Source of the DNA: Bacteroidales bacterium
GTDB taxonomy: Bacteria; Bacteroidota; Bacteroidia; Bacteroidales; F082
Length of the DNA: 56,400 nucleotides
Direction: 5' to 3'
Assembly: GCA_015493215.1 (NCBI GenBank)
Contig: WGDP01000205.1
Coordinates: 1 to 56,400, forward strand
Below the pieces are notes generated by a model. That model saw only the letters and a program-made list of their open reading frames with translations. It had not been told where the DNA came from and ran no database searches. The number at the start of each line of letters is the position of its first letter. Position 1 is the stretch's first letter. This document shows positions 30,529 to 38,140 of this stretch, piece after piece. The position numbers were made by a program, and so were the translations under genes.

Positions 30529-31722
30529 ATGAAATACTTTGCTTTTATAAAAATTGCACAACGCGAAATTGAGCTGATTTCTCAAAATAAATCGGCTCGT
30601 ACGCTGTTGGTATTTCTGCCACTGGTACTCTATTTCTTTTTGGCTTTTATTTATCAAAAGGGCGCCTTAAGGGAAATTCCGGTTGCAGTTTACGATGGCG
30701 ACCATTCGGAAATATCCCGAAAGGTGGTGTCGTTTATCGAAAGCTCGGCAGCCATGAAGGTTACCTGTTACTTATCATCGGAAGAGGATATAAAACATTT
30801 CTTTTTACAACATGACGAACGTGCCGTTTTTTATATACCCGAAGGGTTTTCAAACGATATCTACAAAAACAAACCTACCCGGTTAGTGGTTTACACCAAT
30901 TCATCCAATATTGTTTTCGGTAACATACTGTATCGTGAGGGAGCTGTAATTTCAGCCACCGTTTCCAGCGGAATAATTTTAACCCGTCTTGAGCATGTTG
31001 GAATCAATCATAACGAAGCTATGGGATTGGTAATGCCGGTGATTACCCATGCGAAAACCCTGTTCAACCCATGGTTTAACTATTTGTACTACCTGTTGCC
31101 GGGATTGATGACGGTGCTTTTGCAAATGTTTGTCTTTTTTGTGGCTACACGGGCGTTTAACCACGAAATAGCAACCGGAACTTTTAACGAGCTGGTGAGC
31201 CTGTCGGGAAACAGCCCGTTGCAAATGCTTTTGGGTAAAGGGTTGGCTCATACGGCAATGGGTCTTGGTATTGTAATGCTAATCGGATTAGTATTTCTGG
31301 CGTTTGGTATTCCATTTAGGCATCTTGAAGCTGAGTTGATTTTGTTGTTTGTAATTTTAGTGGTGGTGAATGTTTTTCTGGGTTTTATGCTTTCAACCAC
31401 ATTGGACGAGGAGATTTTCGCACTGGATATTGCCTTTTTTTACAACTCTCCGGCTTTTGTTTTTAGCGGGTTTACCTTTCCCATGTTCGGGATGCCGTTT
31501 TTTAATTCTACCTATGCGCAGTTTATTCCATATACCCATTTTTTACACGCCTTTTTTAAGCTTTATCAAATGGGAACCCCTTTAAGATACATTTTTCCAA
31601 ACCTTGAAATTCTCGGGCTGTTTTTACTGGTGGGATTTGTAACAAGCTGGACAGCCCTTAAACTCCGGCTATCGGGATGGAAACGGAAACAACAAAAAAT
31701 GGTTATGGAGGCAGTGTTATGA
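30529..31722 (+). CDS. ABC-2 type transporter permease (YbhS/YhhJ-like)
   Basis: One N-terminal TM helix, a large extracytoplasmic loop and five C-terminal TM helices. This is the typical ABC-2 membrane domain layout. Confidence 0.75.
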   Translation: MKYFAFIKIAQREIELISQNKSARTLLVFLPLVLYFFLAFIYQKGALREIPVAVYDGDHSEISRKVVSFIESSAAMKVTCYLSSEEDIKHFFLQHDERAVFYIPEGFSNDIYKNKPTRLVVYTNSSNIVFGNILYREGAVISATVSSGIILTRLEHVGINHNEAMGLVMPVITHAKTLFNPWFNYLYYLLPGLMTVLLQMFVFFVATRAFNHEIATGTFNELVSLSGNSPLQMLLGKGLAHTAMGLGIVMLIGLVFLAFGIPFRHLEAELILLFVILVVVNVFLGFMLSTTLDEEIFALDIAFFYNSPAFVFSGFTFPMFGMPFFNSTYAQFIPYTHFLHAFFKLYQMGTPLRYIFPNLEILGLFLLVGFVTSWTALKLRLSGWKRKQQKMVMEAVL

Positions 31723-32897
31723 AGAGTAAAAAAGGAGTCCTTCATATTATCAAAGCCGAATTAAACCTGGTAATTGCCGATCACAGCATCTTGTTAACGG
31801 TACTTATTGCCCCTCTTTTGTATGCCCTGTTTTTGGGAACCATTTATATTAATAAAGATATTAACAGAATTTCGTTTGCGGTGGTTGATATGGATAACAG
31901 CGCTACCACCATGAAACTAACCCGGTTGCTGTCGGCAAGCTCAAAAGTAGATGTAAAAGCAAAGTTGCACAGTTATTTAAAAGCGCAAGATTTGATGTTT
32001 AAACAAAAAATTACGGGTTTTTTGTATTTCCCTGCCGGATTTGAGAAAGCGCTTTTGAGGCTCGAAGGAGCCGATGCCACTGTTTATTTGAATACTACCC
32101 GGTTTTTACCATCCAACGACTTAAACAAAGCCATTAATATGGTTATGCTAACTGCGGGTTCGGGTGTACGTCTTCGCTTTTTCGAATCAAACGGCATTAA
32201 TCCCAAACACGGCATGGAGCTTATCAATCCCATATTGCCAGAGGTGAGGCCTATTTACAACCCGACCAACAATTACGGCGATTTTTTGCTGCCGGGGTTA
32301 CTGTTTTTAATTCTGCAACAAACGCTGCTGATTGGTATGGGCGAAAGTGTTTCAAAGGACAACGAGTTGGATAAGCTTCAGGAGTATATTAGTAAAAAAA
32401 ATGGTGTTTTACAGTATATGGTGGGCAAACCGGCCTACTACCTGTTTCTCTATTTTGCCTATTTTATGATTTTCTTTTTTGGTGTTTATCCCTTTTTCGG
32501 ATTGCATATTACTGGTAGTGTTCCGGCGTTATTTTTAACGGGAATGGTGTTTGTGATGGTGGTTAGTGTGTTGGCTATTCTTTTGGGAACCTTTGTTAAA
32601 AGCCAAATCCGTTATATGGAAATTATGGCTTTTACAACCTATCCGTTTTTTCTTACATCAGGTTATTCGTGGCCGGTAACAGCCATGCCGCAACCTTTGC
32701 AATGGCTTGCCCAAGTAATACCAACCACCCATTTTTTACATGCCGGAACGCGGCTTGCGGTGATGGGTGGAACGTGGAATGATGTTGCTACCGATGTTTA
32801 CAAATTACTGATACTGTTTGGGTTGTTTTCGGTTTTAACCGTGTGGCGGTTATGGGTGATGAAAAACAGATATCAAAAACAGGTAAAAGCTACTTAA
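31719..32897 (+). CDS. ABC-2 type transporter permease (paralog)
   Basis: Same topology as the preceding gene. Its ATG overlaps the upstream TGA (ATGA at 31719-31722), which suggests translational coupling. Confidence 0.75.
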   Translation: MKSKKGVLHIIKAELNLVIADHSILLTVLIAPLLYALFLGTIYINKDINRISFAVVDMDNSATTMKLTRLLSASSKVDVKAKLHSYLKAQDLMFKQKITGFLYFPAGFEKALLRLEGADATVYLNTTRFLPSNDLNKAINMVMLTAGSGVRLRFFESNGINPKHGMELINPILPEVRPIYNPTNNYGDFLLPGLLFLILQQTLLIGMGESVSKDNELDKLQEYISKKNGVLQYMVGKPAYYLFLYFAYFMIFFFGVYPFFGLHITGSVPALFLTGMVFVMVVSVLAILLGTFVKSQIRYMEIMAFTTYPFFLTSGYSWPVTAMPQPLQWLAQVIPTTHFLHAGTRLAVMGGTWNDVATDVYKLLILFGLFSVLTVWRLWVMKNRYQKQVKAT

Positions 32898-32920
32898 TTT
32901 CTTAGCCGGTTGTGTAGCAT

Positions 32921-32950
32921 AAAAAAAGCCGCTAAAAAGCGGCCTTTTTC
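32921..32950. terminator. Bidirectional rho-independent terminator
   Basis: aaaaaaa-gccgct-aaaa-agcggc-cttttt: a GC stem flanked by an A-run and a T-run, between the converging ABC-2 (+) and P460-like (-) genes. Confidence 0.6.
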
Positions 32951-32969
32951 AACAAAACCAAAACCAACT

Positions 32970-33476
32970 TTACTTCGAAAAAACGTAATCGGTTTCTGCT
33001 CCGGCATGACAGCTGACACATGCACCATTTAATAGTGCTGTCCCTCTCATGTCGTTTCCCTGCTCATCCTTGGCAATGGTGCCGTCGGATGTTAAAACAA
33101 ACCACTCCCAGTCACCACCTTGCGTGTTAAAGCTATTGCCCCGTTTTGCCATGGCGACAATCATGTTTACAGTGCCCTCATCATTTTTCGATTCTTTTAC
33201 AATTACAGCTCCCACCGGGTATGATCCTCCCGAAGCTGCAACATTGTCTTTAAAATAAATGTATCGTGTTACTGTGCTGTCGTTTCCAAAATGAGCTGCT
33301 CCCAACGAAGGGTCGGGGCCAATGTTCTCGGCAACTTTTGTAAACGATTTAAACCCCGTAAATGTTTGATTGTTGGCAATAAACTCCTGTGGAGCTTCCT
33401 CTTCTTTTTTACACGAAGTACTCAATAAAAGCCCCGACAAAAGGAGTGTGAAGGCAAAAAATAATTTCTTATTCAT
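32970..33476 (-). CDS. Cytochrome P460 / cytochrome c'-beta family lipoprotein
   Basis: Lipoprotein signal (LLLSTSC) and a single CXXCH near the C-terminus in the context GGDWEWFVL...NGACVSCHAGAETDYVFSK. This parallels the P460 pattern G.W.F...C..CH....D.VF. VIVKE aligns with the VTVKE segment that carries the Lys cross-link in Nitrosomonas P460. Confidence 0.6.
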   Translation of the reverse strand: MNKKLFFAFTLLLSGLLLSTSCKKEEEAPQEFIANNQTFTGFKSFTKVAENIGPDPSLGAAHFGNDSTVTRYIYFKDNVAASGGSYPVGAVIVKESKNDEGTVNMIVAMAKRGNSFNTQGGDWEWFVLTSDGTIAKDEQGNDMRGTALLNGACVSCHAGAETDYVFSK

Positions 33477-33802
33477 AATAGTTTGGTTAATTATTAATGC
33501 TGATTAGTCGTCGGGTTTTTAAAATCCTTACTTTATAAATCACTTTTTTTATCATTGTTTTAGCCCTCTATAAATCTTGACTTGATAAAAATGATAAATA
33601 ATAATTTCTTGTGACCATAGTCACTGATTGCTATTAGTTACCCTACTATTTTTGCCGGGTTTTTAATTTATTTATTCAATCAGTATTGTTTGAGTTTTAA
33701 AATATAATCCATTTAAAATAAGGGGAATATATAAAAATATATGCATACATATAATAATCTATATTTACCTTCGTTTTCAATTGTAAATGTAAATATGAAA
33801 TT

Positions 33803-35152
33803 ATGAACAACAAAAATCTGCAATTTAACAAGCAAAATGCTATTTTATTAGGACTGGCAGCAATCTTTTTTGCCCTGTTTTTAACCACTGTTTCGGGTTG
33901 TAAACACGACCCCTACATAAACCCCGACACGCCACCCAGCATAAGCAATAACTGTGATGCTGACACTGTTTATTTTCAAAATGTTATTTTACCACTTTTG
34001 GTAACCAATTGTGCCACATCGGGTTGTCACGACAAAAATACGCACAAAGAGGGTGTAATTCTTACTGATTACAGTTCCATAATTAACACCGGAGGCATTA
34101 ACATCACCAACCCTTCCGACAGTAAAATATACCGGCAGTTAAACAAAACTGACGACGACAGGATGCCTCCGCCGCCGGCAAACGCTTTTACCGAATCTCA
34201 AAAAAACAGCCTCCTTACATGGATTGAACAAGGAGCAAAGAACAACGAATGCGTTGAAAATACCGAATGCGACACCTCTAACGTTACCTTTAACGGCAGT
34301 GTTGTTCCCATTTTTGAAAACAACTGCTACGGATGCCACAGCCAACCTACCCCTGCCGGTAACATTGATTTAAAAAATACCGACGATTTGGCTCGCATTG
34401 TCAATAATGGTGCACTGGCCGGTTCGGTATTACATCAGGCAGGTTATTCTCCCATGCCAAAAGGATATAACATGACCCAATGTGAGGTCAGAACCATTGT
34501 TATATGGGCAAACGATACTGTCTTCCCCGGTGGTGGTGGCGGTGGTGGTGGAAACCCCGACCCCTGCGATCCGGATACCACTTATTTTCAAAATACCGTT
34601 TTGCCGTTGTTGGTTTCCAATTGTGCCACTTCGGGATGCCACAATCAGCAATCGCACGAACACGGAGTTATTTTAACCGACTATGCTTCAATTATTCAAA
34701 CAGCGGAGGTAAAACCCGGCGACCCGTCAGGAAGTAAACTGTATAAAGTTCTTTTTGGCGGCGACAAAAGAGACGATGATATAATGCCTCCCCCGCCTGC
34801 CAGCCCGTTTAGTGCTGAACAAAAGCAAATAATTTACGACTGGATAAGCCAGGGAGCATTAAACAACAGTTGCAACAGCGGTTGCGATACATCCACCGTT
34901 ACTTTTTCGGGAACAATTTGGCCGCTTATGCAAACATGGTGTACAGGATGCCACAGCGGAAGCAATGCCGGCGGAAACATTCACATCGAAAATTATAATG
35001 ATGTGGTTGCCATTGCCAACAATGGTAAGCTAATGGGTACGGTTTCCCACGCTCCCGGCTATGTGCCCATGCCTAAAAACGGCGACAAATTTTCGGATTG
35101 TCAAATAGCTGAAATCCGAATCTGGATCGAAAACGGAACACCTAATAATTAA
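33803..35152 (+). CDS. Secreted lipoprotein with four cytochrome-c-like modules (2 x CX4CH, 2 x CXXCH), internally duplicated
   Basis: Lipobox TVSGC and an A-B-(Gly8)-A-B module order. The A module is YFQN.(I/V)LPLLV.NCATSGCH...GVILTDY.SII...MPPPP. The B module is CDTS.VTF.G...P......C.GCHS......GNI....Y.D...I.NNG.L.G.V.H..GY.PMPK. It resembles the planctomycete cytochrome C (PSCyt1-like) domain. Confidence 0.65.
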   Translation: MNNKNLQFNKQNAILLGLAAIFFALFLTTVSGCKHDPYINPDTPPSISNNCDADTVYFQNVILPLLVTNCATSGCHDKNTHKEGVILTDYSSIINTGGINITNPSDSKIYRQLNKTDDDRMPPPPANAFTESQKNSLLTWIEQGAKNNECVENTECDTSNVTFNGSVVPIFENNCYGCHSQPTPAGNIDLKNTDDLARIVNNGALAGSVLHQAGYSPMPKGYNMTQCEVRTIVIWANDTVFPGGGGGGGGNPDPCDPDTTYFQNTVLPLLVSNCATSGCHNQQSHEHGVILTDYASIIQTAEVKPGDPSGSKLYKVLFGGDKRDDDIMPPPPASPFSAEQKQIIYDWISQGALNNSCNSGCDTSTVTFSGTIWPLMQTWCTGCHSGSNAGGNIHIENYNDVVAIANNGKLMGTVSHAPGYVPMPKNGDKFSDCQIAEIRIWIENGTPNN

Positions 35153-35163
35153 AGCTTCATACA

Positions 35164-35535
35164 ATGAATAAATTGATAATGATTGCAGGCTTGTTTGGAG
35201 TACTGCTGTTAAGTTCGTGCTACTACGACAATATGGAAGACCTTTATCCTGATACGGGAGGGGTATGCGACACAACCAACGTTACCTTTTCGCAAACCGT
35301 TTTACCTGTTCTACAATCACATTGTACAGGTTGCCATAGTGGAAGTGCCCCTTCGGGAAATATCTCTATTGTAAATTATAACGATGTTGTTCTGTTGGTT
35401 CATAGTGGCAGGCTTTTGGGAACTATCCGGCACGAACAGGGTTACTCACCCATGCCAAAAGGTGGCAACAAACTCTCCAATTGCGATATTGCAAAGCTGG
35501 AGAAATGGATTTCAGATGGCATGCCTGACAATTAA
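35164..35535 (+). CDS. Small lipoprotein with one CXXCH cytochrome-c-like module (paralog of the B module)
   Basis: Lipobox LLLSSC, then CDTTNVTFSQTVLPVLQSHCTGCHSGSAPSGNISIVNYNDV...GYSPMPKGGNKLSNCDIAKLEKWISDG, which is collinear with the B modules of the upstream gene. Confidence 0.65.
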   Translation: MNKLIMIAGLFGVLLLSSCYYDNMEDLYPDTGGVCDTTNVTFSQTVLPVLQSHCTGCHSGSAPSGNISIVNYNDVVLLVHSGRLLGTIRHEQGYSPMPKGGNKLSNCDIAKLEKWISDGMPDN

Positions 35536-35570
35536 CGCTTTTGCATTACGCAACTAAAAAAAATATAACG

Positions 35571-35990
35571 ATGATAAAAAAAATAATTCTGGCAATATTA
35601 ATACTTGGTATACTTGGTGCCCTGTATGGTTGGTTTTTTGTTTACAACAAACCCCATACCAATTTTGAAAAAAGCAAACCCGATTTTGAGGTAACCGCCA
35701 CCGGCTTATATAACGATTACGTTTCGGGAAAAGGAAACCGTTACAACGGGAAAGTGTTAAAATTAACAGGAACCGTTAAAAAAACAGATGATGGCGATAC
35801 GCTGGTAACGCTGGTTTTTGTTTTTAACGAAGGAATGTTTGGCGACGAAGGAATAAGATGCACACTGTTACCAAAATATAACCCGCAGATTCGTAAATTA
35901 ACCCTGCCCGCTACAATAACACTAAAAGGATTTTGTGCCGGATACAACGGAACCGATGTTGTTTTAGAACAGTGCAGTTTATTAAAGTAG
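35571..35990 (+). CDS. Membrane-anchored OB-fold protein (tRNA_anti-like family)
   Basis: N-terminal anchor MIKKIILAILILGILGALYGWFFVYNKPH, then ...YNGKVLKLTGTVKK...TLVTLVF, the usual layout of the Bacteroidota tRNA_anti-like OB-fold family. Confidence 0.5.
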   Translation: MIKKIILAILILGILGALYGWFFVYNKPHTNFEKSKPDFEVTATGLYNDYVSGKGNRYNGKVLKLTGTVKKTDDGDTLVTLVFVFNEGMFGDEGIRCTLLPKYNPQIRKLTLPATITLKGFCAGYNGTDVVLEQCSLLK

Positions 35991-36008
35991 TTTATTAATT
36001 ATAATTAT

Positions 36009-36569
36009 ATGAATATGAAAAGAATATTGGTTGTTTTAGCGGTGTTATTATCATTTACCGTTAGCACACAAGCACAACGATACATCACTAAATCGGGTAA
36101 TATTACCTTTTTTTCTGACGGGCCGCTTGAAAAAATAGAAGCTGTTAACAACAAAGTAAATGCTGCACTCGATTCACAAAGCGGCATGTTTGTTTTTAAA
36201 GTTTTAATGAAGTCGTTTGTTTTTGAAAAGGCGTTGATGCAAGAGCATTTTAACGAAAATTATGTTGAAAGCGACAAGTATCCCGTGGCCACATTCAAAG
36301 GAAAAGTGACTAATATAAGTGATGTTAATTTTAATAAACCGGGCGATTATCAGGCTAAAGTTACCGGACAGCTTACCATTCACGGGCAAACCCACCCGGT
36401 AAAAACAACAGGTACTTTTACAGTTTATGACAAAGGAGTAAAAGGAAAGTCGCAGTTTACCATAAAACTGATAGATTACAACATCGAAATTCCATCCATA
36501 GTTTCGGGTAAAATTGCCAAAGAAATATTAATTACCGTAAATATCGACCTTAAACCGTTAAAACAATGA
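36009..36569 (+). CDS. YceI-family (polyisoprenoid-binding) periplasmic protein
   Basis: Signal peptide followed by a YceI-like eight-strand lipocalin pattern: GNITFFSDGPLEKIEAVNNKVNAALD ... ATFKGKVTNI ... LTIHGQTHPV ... FTIKLIDYNI. Confidence 0.8.
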   Translation: MNMKRILVVLAVLLSFTVSTQAQRYITKSGNITFFSDGPLEKIEAVNNKVNAALDSQSGMFVFKVLMKSFVFEKALMQEHFNENYVESDKYPVATFKGKVTNISDVNFNKPGDYQAKVTGQLTIHGQTHPVKTTGTFTVYDKGVKGKSQFTIKLIDYNIEIPSIVSGKIAKEILITVNIDLKPLKQ

Positions 36570-37462
36570 TAAAAGGATTAATTACAATTGCAGCCCTGTT
36601 TATGCTTTCCCTTCAGGCAACAATGGCACAGGATGATATGATGAATCTTTTCGACAGCCAACCCGTTACCGAATATACATCAGCTACATTTAAAAGCACC
36701 AATGTGGTTATCGGCCAATCGGTTAAAGTTCCGGCAAAAGGAACCATGCTGTTAAATATTCAGCACCATTTTGGCCCTGTAAATTCGGGATTTTATAACT
36801 TTTTCGGATTTGACCAGGCTGTAACACGCCTCGGGCTAAGATATGGCGTTACCGACTGGTTGGCCATTGGCATTGGACGCACAACCCAAAACAAAACATG
36901 GGACGGGTCGTTAAAAGTAAAGCTCCTGCGCCAAAGCAGCGGGGCAAGGGTTATGCCTGTAACTGTTACCTATTTTGGCCTCATGGGGGTTATATCCCTT
37001 AAAAACCCTGAAAATAACCGCTACGCCTATTTCGCAAACAGACTTTCTTATGTAAATCAATTAATTATCGCTCGAAAATTCAGTTCTGCTTTGTCGCTAC
37101 AGCTTATCCCAAGTTATGTACATTGGAACCTTACAGAAACCAAAGCAGACCCCAACGACATCCTTTCACTTGGTGCTGCAGGACGGATTAAATTATCGAA
37201 TCGAATTAGTTTTAATTTTGAGTATCATTACGTACTAACCCAAAAAATTGCCGACGCTTATCACAACTCGCTTTCGTTGGGCATTGATATTGAAACAGGC
37301 GGCCATGTCTTTCAGCTGTTTTTAACCAATTCGGCAGCCATTACCGAGCAATATTTTATTCCCTACACCGATGGCGACTGGCTTAAAGGAGACATTCATA
37401 TAGGGTTCAACATCATCAGAACCTTTACCATTGTAAAGCCAAAAGAGTTTGCTAAATACTAG
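36566..37462 (+). CDS. Outer-membrane beta-barrel protein (DUF5777-like)
   Basis: Signal peptide (SLQATMAQ), alternating beta-strand pattern and the segment NIQHHFGPVNSGFYNFFGFDQAVTRLGLRYG. Its start overlaps the yceI stop (ATGA). Confidence 0.5.
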   Translation: MIKGLITIAALFMLSLQATMAQDDMMNLFDSQPVTEYTSATFKSTNVVIGQSVKVPAKGTMLLNIQHHFGPVNSGFYNFFGFDQAVTRLGLRYGVTDWLAIGIGRTTQNKTWDGSLKVKLLRQSSGARVMPVTVTYFGLMGVISLKNPENNRYAYFANRLSYVNQLIIARKFSSALSLQLIPSYVHWNLTETKADPNDILSLGAAGRIKLSNRISFNFEYHYVLTQKIADAYHNSLSLGIDIETGGHVFQLFLTNSAAITEQYFIPYTDGDWLKGDIHIGFNIIRTFTIVKPKEFAKY

Positions 37463-37483
37463 TGTGAAAGCAGATGCTACAAA

Positions 37484-38119
37484 TTAGCAGCCTCCCGATG
37501 CGGCTTTCTCTTTTTTCTTGCGGCGAACCTTTACTTTTTTTGTGGTTTTAGTACTGGTTTCATTGGCAACAGTTCCCGATTTTTTGGCCACTTCGGCAAA
37601 ATCGTATTTGGCAATGCCTTTTAAACAGGTTTTTTCTGTTTTCTGTAAATTATCTTTGTGTGATGCGTAATAGTTATACCCACCCAGCAGCACAAAAGTA
37701 TTTTCGTATCCTATCTGCCGGAATAACATCCAGGCACCATTGGCCTGCAGTTGGTCGTCGTGATAAAAAACCACTTTAACGCCGCTTTTTTTCCATTGAT
37801 CCATCTGTTTAATGTTATCTTTTTCCAGCAACTTAACGGCTGTAATGTTGATGGATCCGGGAATATGGCCTCTGGCAAAATCAAAATTATTTCTAATGTC
37901 AATTAATACCACTTCTCCCGATTTATCGTTGAGCACCTTTGCCAACTCATAAGGATGAAAACAACCCTTATGGCCTATTACCATATCCACTGTTTGCTGT
38001 GGTGTTAAAGCATATTTAAATCGTGGTTTTTTCATGGTTATCCATCCAAAAACAATAACCAATGCAAAAAGCAAAATGGTAATTAATGTTCGTTTTGGGT
38101 TTCTTTCGTGTACATGCAT
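37484..38119 (-). CDS. Membrane-anchored rhodanese-like protein without canonical active-site Cys; basic C-terminal tail ending SGGC
   Basis: N-terminal TM helix and rhodanese fold markers (VVLIDIRNNFDFARGHIPGSINI ... VVFYHDDQLQANGAW). The catalytic-loop Cys position holds His. The C-terminus is KVRRKKKEKAASGGC*. Confidence 0.7.
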   Translation of the reverse strand: MHVHERNPKRTLITILLFALVIVFGWITMKKPRFKYALTPQQTVDMVIGHKGCFHPYELAKVLNDKSGEVVLIDIRNNFDFARGHIPGSINITAVKLLEKDNIKQMDQWKKSGVKVVFYHDDQLQANGAWMLFRQIGYENTFVLLGGYNYYASHKDNLQKTEKTCLKGIAKYDFAEVAKKSGTVANETSTKTTKKVKVRRKKKEKAASGGC

Positions 38120-38140
38120 AACTAATGTTTTAAAATATGA

